Positions 39,546-53,436 of a stretch of DNA of 64,000 nucleotides are shown piece after piece. The notes under the pieces are model-generated. The model searched no databases, was not told the origin of the DNA, and worked only from the letters and a program-made list of their open reading frames with translations. This stretch comes from Stegostoma tigrinum (Eukaryota). Every line of letters begins with the position of its first letter. Positions within the stretch are counted from its first letter, which is position 1. The translations under genes were made by a program, and so were the position numbers. The DNA is taken from positions 52,801,351 through 52,865,350 of the forward strand of contig NC_081367.1 in NCBI RefSeq assembly GCF_030684315.1, given 5' to 3'.

Positions 39546-41129
39546 TTATCCAGATCAAAAGAATCCTTCATCGGGTTACTTTATAAACAAAACTCGTTCT
39601 TTAAACAAGCGGAAAATAAAACCGGTTAACAACTAAGCTATATTCTGGAATTAAACAACATCCCTTTCATCCCAAACAAAAAAAAAGGTCACACAGCAAA
39701 CACAGCTCTTCAGAGATGAGATGAGTTTTCAAGACAAAGGCAAAAGGGAGAAAAGAAATCTCTGTGGGCTCAAGTCTGAATTCTAAATGATAAAATGGGT
39801 CAAATTCTCATGGTTCCATAGGAACTCAGAAACAGAAGTAGGGCATTCAGCCCCTTAAGACTGTTCTATCTTTCAATAAGCTCATGGCTGATGATAACTC
39901 CATATATCTGCTTTTCGTCCAGATCTCTTAATACCTTTGCTTAACAAAAAAAATCTATCTCAGATTTGAAATTAACAACTAATCCAGCACCCACTTCCAT
40001 TTGTGGAAGATAGTTTCATACATCTACCATCCTTTGTATGCAGGAGTGCTTCCTAACATTTCTCCTGAATTGTCTGGCCCTAATTCTCAGACTATGCCCC
40101 CGAGTTCTAGAACCCCCAACAGTATACTTTACTGAGAGCAATACATATGCTATTGAACACATTTTGGATACTTTCATATGGGTGAATTTTGGCATTTATG
40201 CCGAGGTGAAAGATAGTTTTGGGCACAAATGTCAAACAATTTTGTTCAATTATCTGAAAGCACACTAAGGGCAAACTAAGCTGCACATTTTAAATACAGC
40301 ATGAAGTGTAACTAGATCAGTTATGCGCATAAATGGCAACTCTGTTTGAATTGAAAAATTATTAAAACTTGACCAAAACTTGGTGTATTGTTTGAGGGTA
40401 TTTAAGCAGCTCAACCTGTTCAATTTTGTAAGTTGGCTTGAAATCTGCAATCTGAAGATCAAATTATTAATACCTTCAATTGGAAAGACAAGAAAAGAAT
40501 GTATGAAACTATATAGTTTAATGAAAAATTATTGGCTTATTACAGCAATTTTATTTATAGTCAAAGATTAAAATGAGCCCAAGTATTGTGTTGGCACAGA
40601 ATAGATTTGGTAGTGAAAGCAAGTAACTAATGGGTGATATCTTTGTTGTATTGGGATTGATAACTAGAATCATTTCCAAACATCAAGACCTGTGAAGATA
40701 TTTTCCAGATTAGAAGGTGTTAAAATTCATATCCAAGAGTATTTTAAAGTACAAAAAGTGAGGCATTTGACTGCGCATGGACTACAGTGGTTCAAGAAGG
40801 CAGCCCACTACCACCTTCTCAAGGACGGCGAGGGATGAGTAATAATGCTGGCCTAGTGACTCCCACATCCCATAAGTGAATAAAAAGATGCTCAGTCAGA
40901 AAATACAAAAGATTCAAAACATAAAGTAGCATCCATAAAGGGCTGGATATTTCCTTTAATTTCACATGATTAGTAAGTGAAATATATTGCAAGTGAGTTC
41001 TATCAAAAAGTTCGGTGGAACTCCTACCACTCCATAACACAGAACACATCCTATAATAGGAAACTTAGAAGCTTTGCTTTGCCTATTAGCACATGAAGCA
41101 GACAAAGCATAGTGCTTATGTTTTTTTCC

Positions 41130-41372
41130 ATATGTGGCTTTACTTGGTACATGTCACTTGATGGGCACCATGTCACATTCAGCAGAGCCAACCAGGTGAC
41201 TCTCCCACTATTAAGGCTTCCTGTAGGCTTATTGGAAGGACTTATGGGTTAATTATTAACTTGTTTGACCACAATATGAATACACCTTCCATGGCCATTA
41301 AGCCCTGGAGTGGGCTTTGAACTTAGAGCTTCTAGCTCAGAGACAGGAGCACTACCCTTTGAGCCGCAGGAC
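41130..41372 (-). mobile_element. tRNA-derived SINE remnant
   Basis: Minus strand GCGGCTCAAAGGGTAGTGCTCCTGTCTCTGAG...AAGTTCAAAGCCCACTCC (A/B-box-like). Confidence 0.5.
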
Positions 41373-41959
41373 TTGTTTCTACAATATTTGTGAGGGAATG
41401 ATAAGGAAAGTTGCTGGCTTGTTTGCTGAATGTTGCATTATGTAGTTTCTCAACTTAAGTAATATGTTAGTGAGAAGTGTTAAATAGGATTTCTGCATTT
41501 GAAAAAGAGAGAAAACTAGTCTGTACCAATTACTGTACAGGATAAGCTGTAAAAGTGGCTTGTTGTGTGGTTCCTTTATGCAGAAATGAGCATCAAAAGT
41601 ACTTGTTATCCCAGATGCTGCTATTTGGGGTGAATGCTGGATTTACATTATTGTGTTATTAAAATGAAGGGCCGCTACAGCATTCATTATCAGATAATGC
41701 CAGCATAATAGCAATCTAAATTCAAATTTGCCTTAAATGGTGCTTTGGATCTAATAAAGAGTTCTCTTTATTGATATTGTCTGTTGGTGCACTTGGAGAG
41801 CTTGTTTTAAGTCCGTAGTTCATTAATATTTCACACACATTTGCAACTTGTACTGTTAAACCCTGCAAGGTGTTCAACTAGCACTCATTAACCAATGTAC
41901 ACATCCTATTGGACATTCCTTAACTAAATAGAACAGGATTTAAGTGGCTGGAAGTATTA

Positions 41960-42350
41960 TGCAATATTCAGTCACAAGCCTAAATACAAATTCTAGGTCA
42001 ACATTTCAATGCAGTGCTGTGGTTTTCACAATGTTATCTTTCAAATAAGACAGTAAGCAGAGACTATGAGATCTATTCAATGAGTTTGACATTCAATTAT
42101 CCCAAGATATTATTTTGGAGATGATTTGGGAAGATCTCTTCACTATTTTGGTCAATACTTATCCCTCAGTCAATAACAACAAAAACAGATTATTCGACCA
42201 CTATTTCATTGCTGTTTGTGAGACTTGCTGTGTGCTCACTAGCCGTTGTGTTTCTTATATTTCAACAGTAATTCAAACCAACAGCTCCAAAATACTTAAT
42301 TGACTGTTGAGCATTTTTAAACATCCTGAGGTTGTGAATTCTGCAGGTCT
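41960..42350 (+). mobile_element. Deu-SINE (AmnSINE/SacSINE-like) remnant
   Basis: GGTCAATACTTATCCCTCA...AAAACAGATTAT...CATTGCTGTTTGTGAGACTTGCTGTGTG...CATCCTGAGGTTGTGAA matches the Deu-domain pattern as I recall it. Confidence 0.7.
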
Positions 42351-43355
42351 GTTTCTTTACACCAATTTTAATGAAGCTTTACAACCCTTGGAGGGAAGAG
42401 ATGGGGAGAGATTAATAGCTTAGTGATTAAAAACTGAGAAAAATATGTTGTTACCTACAGCAAGGAAATATTGTTACCTACAGAGGAAAATCCAGAAGGC
42501 AGTTGGTGTATGACAGAGAATTAAGATAGAAGCAGGGAAATCTCTAGTATAAAATTATGCAAGAAATTCAGATTAGGCAACTTGTGTTTGCTCAAAATTA
42601 GTGAGTTTAGTTTGCAGTTTCTTTTTGGTGTTTCAGGGAGAAATACCAGATGAAAGAAAACAGAAGTGAATGTGCAGAAATTTGCCAGATGGAAATTGAT
42701 TGCAGCTGCACCAGCCTGAGCTCGAAGCCATGGTGTGGGGATGGTGAAAAATCTTCACTGGAGTTTTGGTTCACAAGGACATTTGCTGGATAAAGGCATA
42801 GCGAGTGTTTGAATCCTTTTCTGTATTTGAAATGAAAATGTTGCAACATTTTTGTGCATTTTAATAGAATTTATGCTTTTTTGTCCAATAAATATTATAT
42901 TATTTGTGTTAAAAGTACACTTTCAGACTCTTGTGAATACATTTAGGAATTTACCACCATGGGTGTTTATTCAAAAAATGAAGTTGGGGGCTATCAAGCC
43001 AGTTTACAATCGGGTATTTGATCTATTGTGTGTTGACATCAGTTGGGATCATAACAGAATGGCAACAGGTGAAAGTCTGGGGATGACAGAGGACAGTGGA
43101 AGTTGATGGATGACTACCCTCAGGATTATACTGGGTGTGTCTGACAACATAATTGCAAACACACAGGTTCAGCTGGAAGGAGTCCAGGGTGAAATAAGCA
43201 GAGGTTTGGGTGTGGCCCATTAATGGCTCATTGGAGCCACACAACTGAAGGCTGTTTGGCAGTCACTGGAGGTTACCGTCCTGGCTGGACTCAGAAATAC
43301 ATTCTTTGATCCTATCATACATTCATCAAGACTTTAAGGAAATTTCCAACATGGG

Positions 43356-43558
43356 ATAACAAGCTGTAGAGCTGGCTGAACACAGCAGGCCAAGCAGCAC
43401 CAGAGGAGCAGGAAAGTTGACGTTTTGGGTCTGGACCCTTCTGAAATCTGAAATGTCAGCTTTCCTGCTCCTCTGATGCTGCTTGGCCTGCTGTCTTCTT
43501 CCATCTCTACACCTTGTCATCTCAGATTCTTCAGCATCGGCAGTACTTACTATCTCAG
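43356..43558. mobile_element. Hairpin PLE mini-element
   Basis: Inverted pLTR followed by forward pLTR+tail; TSD TTTCCAACATGGG at 43343-43355 and 43559-43571. Confidence 0.88.
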
Positions 43559-46502
43559 TTTCCAACATGGGTCCTATTTCAAGCGTGTGTGCTACTAATG
43601 TAGAGAATGTCAGGAGTAGAATAGCATATCAGTAATGGTACTCATGACTCCTCATGCCAATCACAATGAAGGGACATTATGCTGTGACACAGGGCAAGGA
43701 AGCCAATGTCATGCCTTGGTCTGGAGCTCTGAGATAGATAATGGCATCCAATTGTATTTTGCAGATCCAAAATGCTATCTGAGCAAATGTAATTCAGGTA
43801 CTTATCCACAATAATTGCATTCCCTTCCAAACAAACCTATCCTTGAACAGCACAGACCATAGAGCAGGGAACTACTATCTAAATAGAATCTCTATAGCGT
43901 GGAAGCAGGCCCCTTTCGCCCCACTGAGGACTGGTCCTGTTTAACTTTCAGACATAGCTATTTGCTTGTGGCAAATGCAGTATGATTGCTGTGTAAGCAC
44001 ATGGAATTAGTTTGGTATTGACGTAACACAGTTCTATACAGCAACACTTCATTACTAAGTGCTCTCAGCAGTGATAAGCTGCCTGCCTCTCCCTCTGTTC
44101 TAAACAGCAATACAACTAACAGAAACCGAAGGCTTGTAAATTAGGAAGGAAGAACTAATGTACTAAAAAGCAATGAAAGCCACAAAGGCTGGCAGGCTGT
44201 AAGTCCTTGGAAAATGAGTGAGAACAAAGAAAGTAAACTAAAAGCCACAAGATGCATTCTGGGAGAAACGTGAGATGTACGTGTGGCCCTCCACGCAAGT
44301 GACCTGGCACAGGTATGCAAGTGTCATACCACTGAGCTGCAAAGTGAAGTCCCCAAAGGCTGAAGTGGTGCGGGAGTTAGTCCAAAAGCAGCCTTGATAC
44401 TGGGCTGAGGCTGTTTGTATGATGATGCCCATTTGTGTGAAAGAGGGACGAAAGAGGACAGTGTCCATGGAGTATGCAGAAAATTGGTGGTGACAGAGGA
44501 GTTGTATGAATGATTGAATGAATGAATGATTTATTGTCACTAATATCTAGGGAGATACAGTGAAAAGTTGTCTGTCACCACGATCCGGTGCTATTTTAAA
44601 GTACAAAAGAAGAAAAAGAAAATACTTAAATAGAGTTCATCTTCATCAGCCAGGGTCCCAAACATGGCTCCAGGACTTCTGCAAGGTCTCCGGTCCAGGC
44701 CTATCACGCCCAGGATTCAATGCTCTGGGCACTAACACCGCTGTGGTCAGAGGCTTGATGCTGCTGAAAGAGTCCATGCTCTGGGCCTCCTGCAGCCAGG
44801 AATCCTTTCACTGCAGCTAACACTCGATTGCAATTGCGAGTGTCCACATATCAGGCCTCTAAAGCCAGGAATACCCTCTAATAGGCTAGGAGAAGCAAGC
44901 AGTGAGCTGCTGCCACCAGGTAACACTTTGACCTTCATATTGGGAGTTGGTGCTGACTTGTTTCTCAGGGGTAGAGGTGAGAATTAGAAGTTGTCTAGAT
45001 ATGCTCTGCTGTTACATCTTGTTGAACGCCCAATTGGTGTGAAGCTGGAAAAGCTTCTCATCTTTTACTCTGGCTTCCAGCTTCTGCAATCCTTACTATC
45101 TCCAAGCATCTTATTAAACAATCTCCTATTACATTCTTCAACATTTTTCAAGTAACAGACTTAATTAAGCTGACTGGCCTAAATTTACGTGACTTTTGTT
45201 TCCTTCCCTTTCTAAATAAACATATTACAATGGCAGTTTTCCAATCCTGTGGAATTATTTCCAGAGTCTAAATATTTACTACCGATGCATCCACTATCTC
45301 TGCAGCTACTTCTTTCAATATCCTGGAATGTATCCCATCAGATCATGGGGTTTTGCAGGAAGCACTGATGTCTATCTAACACTCCACACTCACTTGATGC
45401 AATTCTTCTACAGGTGTCATTCTAACATTCCCAAAGCATTTAGATCTTTAGACCCAGTTTTTATATGATGTAAAGTTATTTATCAGAAGCATCGCAGATA
45501 CACTCCAACATCCATTGTAATAGGCTTATTTTGCATTTTTCAAGCTAAATAAACAAGTGATTCAGCTTCTTGCAGTTAGAGCACTGTTTTCCTGAGCCTG
45601 GACATGCTTCCTTACTTTTGTGCGACGTCCTCCACACTATTTACATCCTACCCTCTAGCCTTGATCTTTCTGCTGACATTTCTGCAAAGATTTCCTCCTT
45701 GTCCCCAGTCTGTTGTTCTTATTTGACCTGAAATGTCTCTCAGCATTACGCAAAGTCTCATCAGCTAAACTACTAATACTCTCCAGCCGATGACTGACAA
45801 TTTCAGGACTTCTACACAGGCTGATACAATTTTTAAGGGCAAGTTTCCCTTTTCTTAGCTCATCTTTCAGTTTTCCAAACTCTCAGGATTCAGTTTGATG
45901 CGATCAAATAATGATAGACAACTCCTGAAGCCAACCAAATGCTGTTCAACATGGATTTGGAATTTCAAGTGATCTTTGAACCTTGAAAAATCTCTCCTGT
46001 TTGGCTTTTCTGTTCCTCACTGAGATCTAGGCTGCTATACATGTTCTGAAACATAAAGGATTCTGAGGGGGTTTGATAGGGAAGATGTTGAGAAGATGTC
46101 GCCACTAGTCAGGGAATCTTAATTTGGGGACATAGTTATAGAGTAAGAGGACATTCATTAAAACCAAGTAGCAAAGGAATTTCTTCTCTCAAAGGGTGAT
46201 GAATGAGTGGTATTCTCTACACCAGAAACTTGTGGAGGCTAGATCTCTGAATGTAGTTAGAGGAGGTAGATAGATATTTGAAATATTAAGGATTTGTGGG
46301 ATATGACGGGCAGACATGAAAGTGGATTTGTGGCCTGGGACAGATCAGTTATGAACAAAGAAAATTACTGCTCAGAAATAGGCCCTTCGACCCTCCAAGC
46401 CTGCACCGACATGCTGCCCGTCACAACCAAACCTTCTACTCTTTCGGGGACAATATCCCTCTATTCCCATCCTGTTCATATGTTTGTCAAGACGCCCTTT
46501 AA

Positions 46503-46605
46503 AAGGGTCTAGGTGAGAAGGGTCTAGGTCTGAAACATCAGCTTTTGTGCTCCTCAGATGCTGCTTGCCCCGCTGTGTTCACCTAGCTCCACACTTTGTT
46601 ATCTC
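46503..46605 (+). mobile_element. Solo PLE pLTR fragment
   Basis: AAGGGTCTAGGT duplicated, followed by the pLTR up to CACTTTGTTATCTC. Confidence 0.8.
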
Positions 46606-47222
46606 TTATTTCTGTTGCTCATTCATGTTTTTGCCACTAAGAGTGAAAAGAACTCCAATTCTGTCTCAGATCTCCTCTCAATTTCAAAGTAGCTGGGAAT
46701 GGAAAATGCATATTCATTCTGACTCACACATTCAAATATCTGACGTGTTTATTTTACTTCTTCCTTGCTGCTGCTTTCAGGAGCTGGCTCTCTGACAGCA
46801 CTGATAATCGACACATTTTCAGTTGGTTCACCCTGACCCCATGATTCAAGTGATGTGTATTTGATTGCTGCCGCAGATTGCACTGAAAACAGAGATTGAA
46901 GTCACATGACTATGACAAGCCAACCAGTACACTGAGGCTACAAAAGCTTTTATCCAGAAAGGCTGGTAAACAATGGACTAGGCACTCACTTTATTTTGAA
47001 TGCAGCTCCTCCCTCCCTACTGCCTTCAAATACACCAGTGTGGTTCATAAAATTTATCCCCAGATATAGCTCAAACAAGACCAATGGATGCTGAGTCATC
47101 TTCAGAACCTCTATGATACAAATGGCTAACTTCTTGGACGAAGCAAAATAAATACTTACAGCAACAGAAAATTTGTAGAAAACATATTTTAAAGAAATTA
47201 TCAATTTTTCTTTACCTGGCAT

Positions 47223-48920
47223 GACATAAGGCATCTGAAATTAGTATTAGTACCTGGGAGTATGATGTTATTTCTATTACTGAGACTTGGTTGAGGGAAG
47301 GGCCATATTGGCCACTAAATATCCCAGGATATGGATGCTCCAGGCATGATGGAGAGGGAGGTAAAAGGGGTGGAGGAGTTTCATTATTGGTCAAAGAGGA
47401 TATCTCAGCTATGCTGAAGGAGGGCACTGTGGGGAGACTCTAGCAGTGAGGCAACATGGGCAGAGTGCAGAAATAGGAAGGGTGTGGTAACAATGTTGGG
47501 ACTGTACTACAGGCCTCTCAACACCAAGCGGGAGATACAGGTACAAATATTTAGTCAGATTATGGAAAAATGTAGGAGCAAAAGGGTGGTGGTGATGGGA
47601 GATTTTAATTTTCCCAGCATTGACTGGGATTCACTTAGTGTTAGGGATCTAGATGGAGCAGAATTTGTACGGAGCATCCAGCAGGGTTTTATAGAGCAGT
47701 ATGTAAATAGTCCAACTTGGGAAGGGGCCATACTGGACTTGGTGTTGGGGAATGAGCTCAGCCAGGTGGTTGAAGTTTCAGTAGGGGGTTACTTTGGGAA
47801 TAGTGATCACTATTCCGTAAGTTTTAGAATACTCGTGGACAAATACGAGAGTGGTCCTAAAGGAAGAGTGCTAAACTGGGGAAAGGCCAACTACAGCAAA
47901 ATTCAGGAGGATCTGGGAAATGTGGATTGGGAGCAGCTGTTTGAGGATAAATCCATGTCTGATATGTGGGAGACTTTTAAAGAGAGTTTGATTGGAATGC
48001 AGAACAGACATGTCCCTGCGAAAATGAGTGATAGAAAGGGCAAGATTAGGGAACCAGGGATGACAGGTGAAATTGTGAGACTAGCAAAGAAGAAAAAGGA
48101 AGCATACATAAGGCCTAGGGGAGTGGAAACAGACAAAGCTTTGGAAGAATATCAGGAAAGTAGGACCAATCTGAAACGAAGAATTAAGAGGGCTGAAAGG
48201 GGTCATGAAATATCTTTAGCAAACAAGGTTAAGGAAAATCCCAAAACTTTTTATTCATACATATGGAGCAAGCGGGTAATTAGAGAAAGGGTTGGCCTAC
48301 TCGAGGACAAAGGAGGGAAGTTATGCAAGGAGTCAGAGAAAATGAGTGAGATTCTTAATGTGTACTTTGTGTCAGTATTCACTGAGGAGAGGGACATGAC
48401 GGATGTTGAGGTTAGGTTTGATTACTCTAGGTCAAGTCACCATAAGGAGGGGCGAAGTGTTGGGTAATCTAAAAGGCATTAGGGTGGACAAGTCCCCAGG
48501 TCTGGATGGGATCTATCCTAGGTTACTGAGGGAAGCGAGAGAGGAAATAGCTGGGGCCTTAACAGATATCTTTGCAGCATCCTTGAGCACAGGTGATGTC
48601 CCAGAGGACTGGAGAATTGCTAATGTTGTCCCCTTGTTTAAGAAGGGTAGCAAGGATAATTCATGTAATTATAGACCGGTGAGCCTGACATCATTGGTGG
48701 GAAGCTGCTGGAGAATATACTGAGGGATAGGATCTATTTACTTTTGGAAGAAAATGGACTTATTAGTGATAGGCAGCATGGTTTTGTGAAGGGAAGTTCA
48801 TGTCTTACCAACTTGATAGAATTCTCTGAGGAAGTGACAAAGTTGATAGATGAGGGAAGGGCTGTAGATGTCATATACATGGACGCCAGTAGGGTGTTTG
48901 ATAAGGTTCCCCATGGTACA
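47223..48920 (+). mobile_element. CR1 ORF2 segment (APE endonuclease and start of RT), truncated at both ends
   Basis: GLYYRP, VVMGDFNFPSIDW, ILDLVL, GNSDH, KSPGLDGIYPRLL, WRIANVVPLFKKG, QHGFVKGSSCLTNL. Confidence 0.93.
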
Positions 48921-48934
48921 CTGCCCATGGATGG

Positions 48935-49327
48935 CCAACCTCCCATCCATGGACTCCATCTAAACTTCCTGTTACCGCAGAAAGGTTCCCAACATCATCA
49001 AAGGCCCCTCCCACCCCTGTAATACTCTCTTCCAACCTCTTTTGTCAGGCAGAAGATTCAGAACCTTGAACACATGCACCAACAAGTTCAAGAACAGCTT
49101 CTTCCTCACTGTTATTAACCTGCTGAATGGACCTCTCTAATTTCAATTTAATGTTAACTTGCTTTTATGCACCTCCTATGCAGTGGTAACCTTGTGGGCC
49201 TCGCTGTGTCTAAGCACCCTGTGATCTGTATGTCCTTGTTTATTATGATCTGCCTGTACTGCTTGCAGAACAAAACTTTTCACAATACTTAGGTACATGT
49301 GACAACAATAATTCAAATCAAATCAAA
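48935..49327 (+). mobile_element. Rex1/Babar 3' fragment
   Basis: Homologous to 59955-60311; (TCAAA)n tail. Confidence 0.8.
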
Positions 49328-50552
49328 CCCATGTGCCAACCATACTATTATGAGCAAGACATACTAGAAGAAATATATTTTAATTCCTTTGACCTTAGAA
49401 TAAATATATAGCAAAAGGTATCATAGAAACTTAAATTAAAATATTTCATTACAAAGTAATTTGATACATGCTATAAAATCTGTGGTACTTTTAATGTTCA
49501 CATTTCTGGGTTACTGTTACCAATTAATGACAACTGTAAGAGTGGCTTGAAGCACTAAGAATTTGTCAAAATGCAAGTTGTTATGGTTATCAGTAACTGA
49601 TTATGGAAAATAAAGCACTTAATATACTAATCATACTGGATGCACACTGCATGTTAACTGAAGGCAGTGCATGAAGGCTTGTTATCTTCCCATATTTTGA
49701 AACCGTGTAATAAATTTTTCCTTTCCATTGAGTTCGAGAGATTAAGTTAAGTTATCTACATTGAGCCTGTCAAATTTGCTGTCATTGTGGTATTTATTTC
49801 TCAAGTCTGGAAAAGGTGTGCACCATATAAATGTGTATATGGGATCATGCAGAAGTGGTTGACTGAAAAAACAGCAAACTGCAAATAATGGTTCGTGGAA
49901 AATGTAGACGGTGAATGATCAGCTCCACCAAGTACTGTTGTACATCCTCGAGAATTGCTGCCTACAACAATACCACACAAAAGAGTTTACTGTGGTATGT
50001 CAAACATTGAAAGTAAACAATGCATTCCATCAATGCTACTTAATCCCTAAACAGTCAGTTTATTTGTCACAGGGATAGAAGTATCATAGTGCTAATTGCT
50101 TTTATATAACTGTGGTGTATTGTGTACCAGACAGAGACACTGTTTATTTAGAGTTCTACAGAAGATCAGGGCACAAATGTAACACCTCCCTCATGACATT
50201 TTTCTTCTGTTGTAATCTGCTAAAGTCTTCTATTAACATTTTACAAAATCAGATCAATGGCCGTAAACTGACCTTGAAAGATCTAGATTTGGAGAGTGTG
50301 TTAGTTTCTGTGCAAAGTCAGAAATGTTTGACAGGAAGGCTGATATATGTTAGGTTTTAATGCTGAAGTATGTCACTTTGCAGTAGTCAAGTTTCAGGAT
50401 ATATGGTAGGATTATTTACCTTCTCAGTGGCAATCATATGTTAATGACAAAGTTACAATGGTTACATGTCTGAACTAAATATGAAAAGCAAAGTGCTGAG
50501 GTTGATGGAGCTCTGAAATAAAAACACATAATGCTGGAGGCACTCAGCAGAT

Positions 50553-51650
50553 TTTTTCAAATTCATTCACAGGATGTATGCTTCACTGGCTGAGCCTACA
50601 ATTATTGCCCATCCTTGTTGTCTTTGGAAAGTGGTGGTGGGCAGCCTTCTTGACCATTGCAGTCCATTCAGTGTAGGTGCACCCACAATGCTGTTAAGGT
50701 TAGATTTCCCTGTTCCATGATTTCGACCGAGCGAACATGAAGGAATGGCAATATATTTCTAAGCCTGGAGGGAAACTAGTGGGGAGTGATGTTCCCTGTA
50801 TCTGGTGCCCTTGTTCTTCTGGATAGTTTTGGTTGTTGTTTTGGAATGTGATGTCTCAAAAGCTTTGTGGCATTTCTGCAATGTGCCTTGTAGGTGATAT
50901 ACGCTGCTGCTCCTAAACATCAGTGGTGGAGAGAGTGGATGTTTGTTGATGTGGTGTCGAGTAAGAGAGCTGATATTTCCTGGTTGGTGACAGGCTTGAG
51001 TGTTGTTGGGGCTGCACTCATCCAGGCAAGTGGAGAATATTCCATCGCACAACTGACTTGTGCCTTGTAGTTGGCAGACAGCATTTAGGGAGTCACAAGG
51101 TGAGTTACTTGCTGCAGTATACATAGCCGCTGACCTGTTCTTGTACCCAAAATATTTACATGGCTAGTCCAGTTTAGTTTCTGGTCAGTGGTTACCTCCA
51201 CATTGATTGTGACGGATTCAGGAATGCTAAGCTATTGGAAGTCAATGGGTGTTGGTCTGATTCTCTCTTAACGGAGATCATAATTATCTGGCACTTGTGT
51301 GGCATGAAAGTTACGTGCCACTTATCAGCCCAACCCGAGATATTGTTCAAGTATTGCTGTATTTGAGCATGGACTGCTTCAGTTTCTGAGGAGTTGCAAA
51401 TGGTACTGAACATTGTGCATTCAAGGCAGAATACCCCCTTTTCTGGCCTTATGATAGAGGGAAGATTCTTGATGAAGGTTCTGAAGATGGTTGGGCATAG
51501 GACACACCCCTACAGAACACCTGCAGAAATATTCTGGACCTGAGGTGATTGACCTCTATAAACCACAACCATCTTGTTTTGTCCCAGGTATGAGCCCAAC
51601 CAGCAGGGAGTTTTCACCTGATTCCCATTGACTCCTGTACTGCCATGGAT
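50553..51650 (-). mobile_element. CR1/L2-clade LINE 3' portion
   Basis: IQQYLNNISGWADKWHVTFMPHKCQ remnant; 3' tail near 50555. Confidence 0.75.
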
Positions 51651-53436
51651 CTAATGATGGAACAGTCAAAAGGAGATTCCTCAGATTCCTGCCAATCTAG
51701 CATCTGGAAGGACTTCACCACGCATCAGTCAGATGTTATATCCATGTGGATGCCTTAAGAGCTATCTAACGTCAGTGCCATGTGACATGATTTCATTGTC
51801 TCACTGCTGGTTTCACTATACTGATCGTGTAAGGTAGGTCAAGTGTTGATACTTGAAGGTGGGATCATCCAAAAGTATCACATGTACAATCACATGGATT
51901 ATGAGACATCTATTCACAAACACAAAAAGCAGGGACTGAAAAAGAATAACAATTCCCACATCAACTTTTCAGTAATCATGGGCTGCCAGTATGGTCAGCA
52001 ACAGAATCACAAACAATTGAATGCAGTCTGTACCTAGCTCATTCATTCCTGGAAACAGGGTGCCATTCAGATTTGGCAATGCATTGCTCTGTAATGAAAA
52101 CTTGGTTCAAATCCTGACCCATAGATGGATCTTCATCCTCAGAACATAGCTTACAACTCCACCCTTCTGTCTGTATCCAAGACATTCTCGCTGGCAGAGG
52201 CCATGATATGTACATCCTTGAGAAGTGTCATGTGCCTGCTTTATTCCATAGAATATCTTTCAAAGATGGTTACTGGGAGTCTACATCTTCGGCTGATTAC
52301 TGTATTCCACAAACCCATGACTGAGGCTACGTGTAAATACAATGCAGCCCATTCCTCCACCAGGACCATTGTAGAACTGATGGACTTGCTGAAAAATAGA
52401 GTTCCCAATGCTTTGAATAATCAGCTGGTCAGTCAGTGGGCAGCAGGGAGGGTGGGGGTGGAAGTGGAGACAAGCATTGCTACCTTTTTACGGCAATAGT
52501 TGCCATTGTGTTATGAGTTTAAAATGTAATGAGGCTGAGTTAATAGTACTAGTTATGGTTCTGTCTGACCTGCTGAGTTTCTCCAGCATTCTGTGTGTTT
52601 GATTCAGATTTTCTGTCATCCATAGTATTTTGCTTTGAAAGATAGCATGCTGTTAAGAGGACATTAAATTGTCTGCAAAGGGATTTAGATAGATTAAGAG
52701 AATGGCCAAAGGTTGCCCATAATGGAGGGAAAATGTGAACTTGTCCTCTTCAGTGGGAAGCGAAGCAGTGAATTACTTAAATGGAGAGAGACTGTATGTT
52801 GGGTTCTGGGTGTCCTGTACATCAATCATGAACAGATCATCATATTGAGGTAAATAATTTTCCGGTATCTGTGAAGATGTGGTCAACAGATGCTCCTGCA
52901 ACAGTCACTTAATCCACATTGACCTGAAATTCATTTGAATCCCTTCTAGAAATGGCTGCACAGGAAGGCAGTGAACGCTGATTCTACTCCATTTGTCTAC
53001 TTGATTCCTGGGTGCTGTCGCCCGGAGATTCCACACGCACGTGGACCTCTGTCAGTATGATTCCCTTAATGGAAGGATCCATGAGATCATTATTTATCAG
53101 TTTCTCTGCAACCAGGGAATGGCATATCTAAATTCTCTGTTCAACCTCATCAGGCTTTAATTTCCATGTGTCTGCCCTGGCTTCTGATGTTTATAAGTAT
53201 CTACATGATACCTTGTCTATGCCGTTTGTGGATGTTAGGAATGTGTGAGAGAGTGATTTTTTAGGTGGGTGAGTATTCACCATTTTTGTCAAGACGTGAC
53301 ATTCGGCAGCCCCTGGGGATGAAAAGGATACTTTTAATAGCCAGGTGCTTGAGCAGTATTCAGTCTAAATGCACCCAGTCATGAAATCAATTAGAAGAAA
53401 ACTGGCCGATTCTAAAACTGGCAGATAATCCTTATG

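Noticed and set aside
51660-53320. Possible Gypsy-like internal remnants
   Set aside because: Too degenerate to support by eye; needs a profile search.
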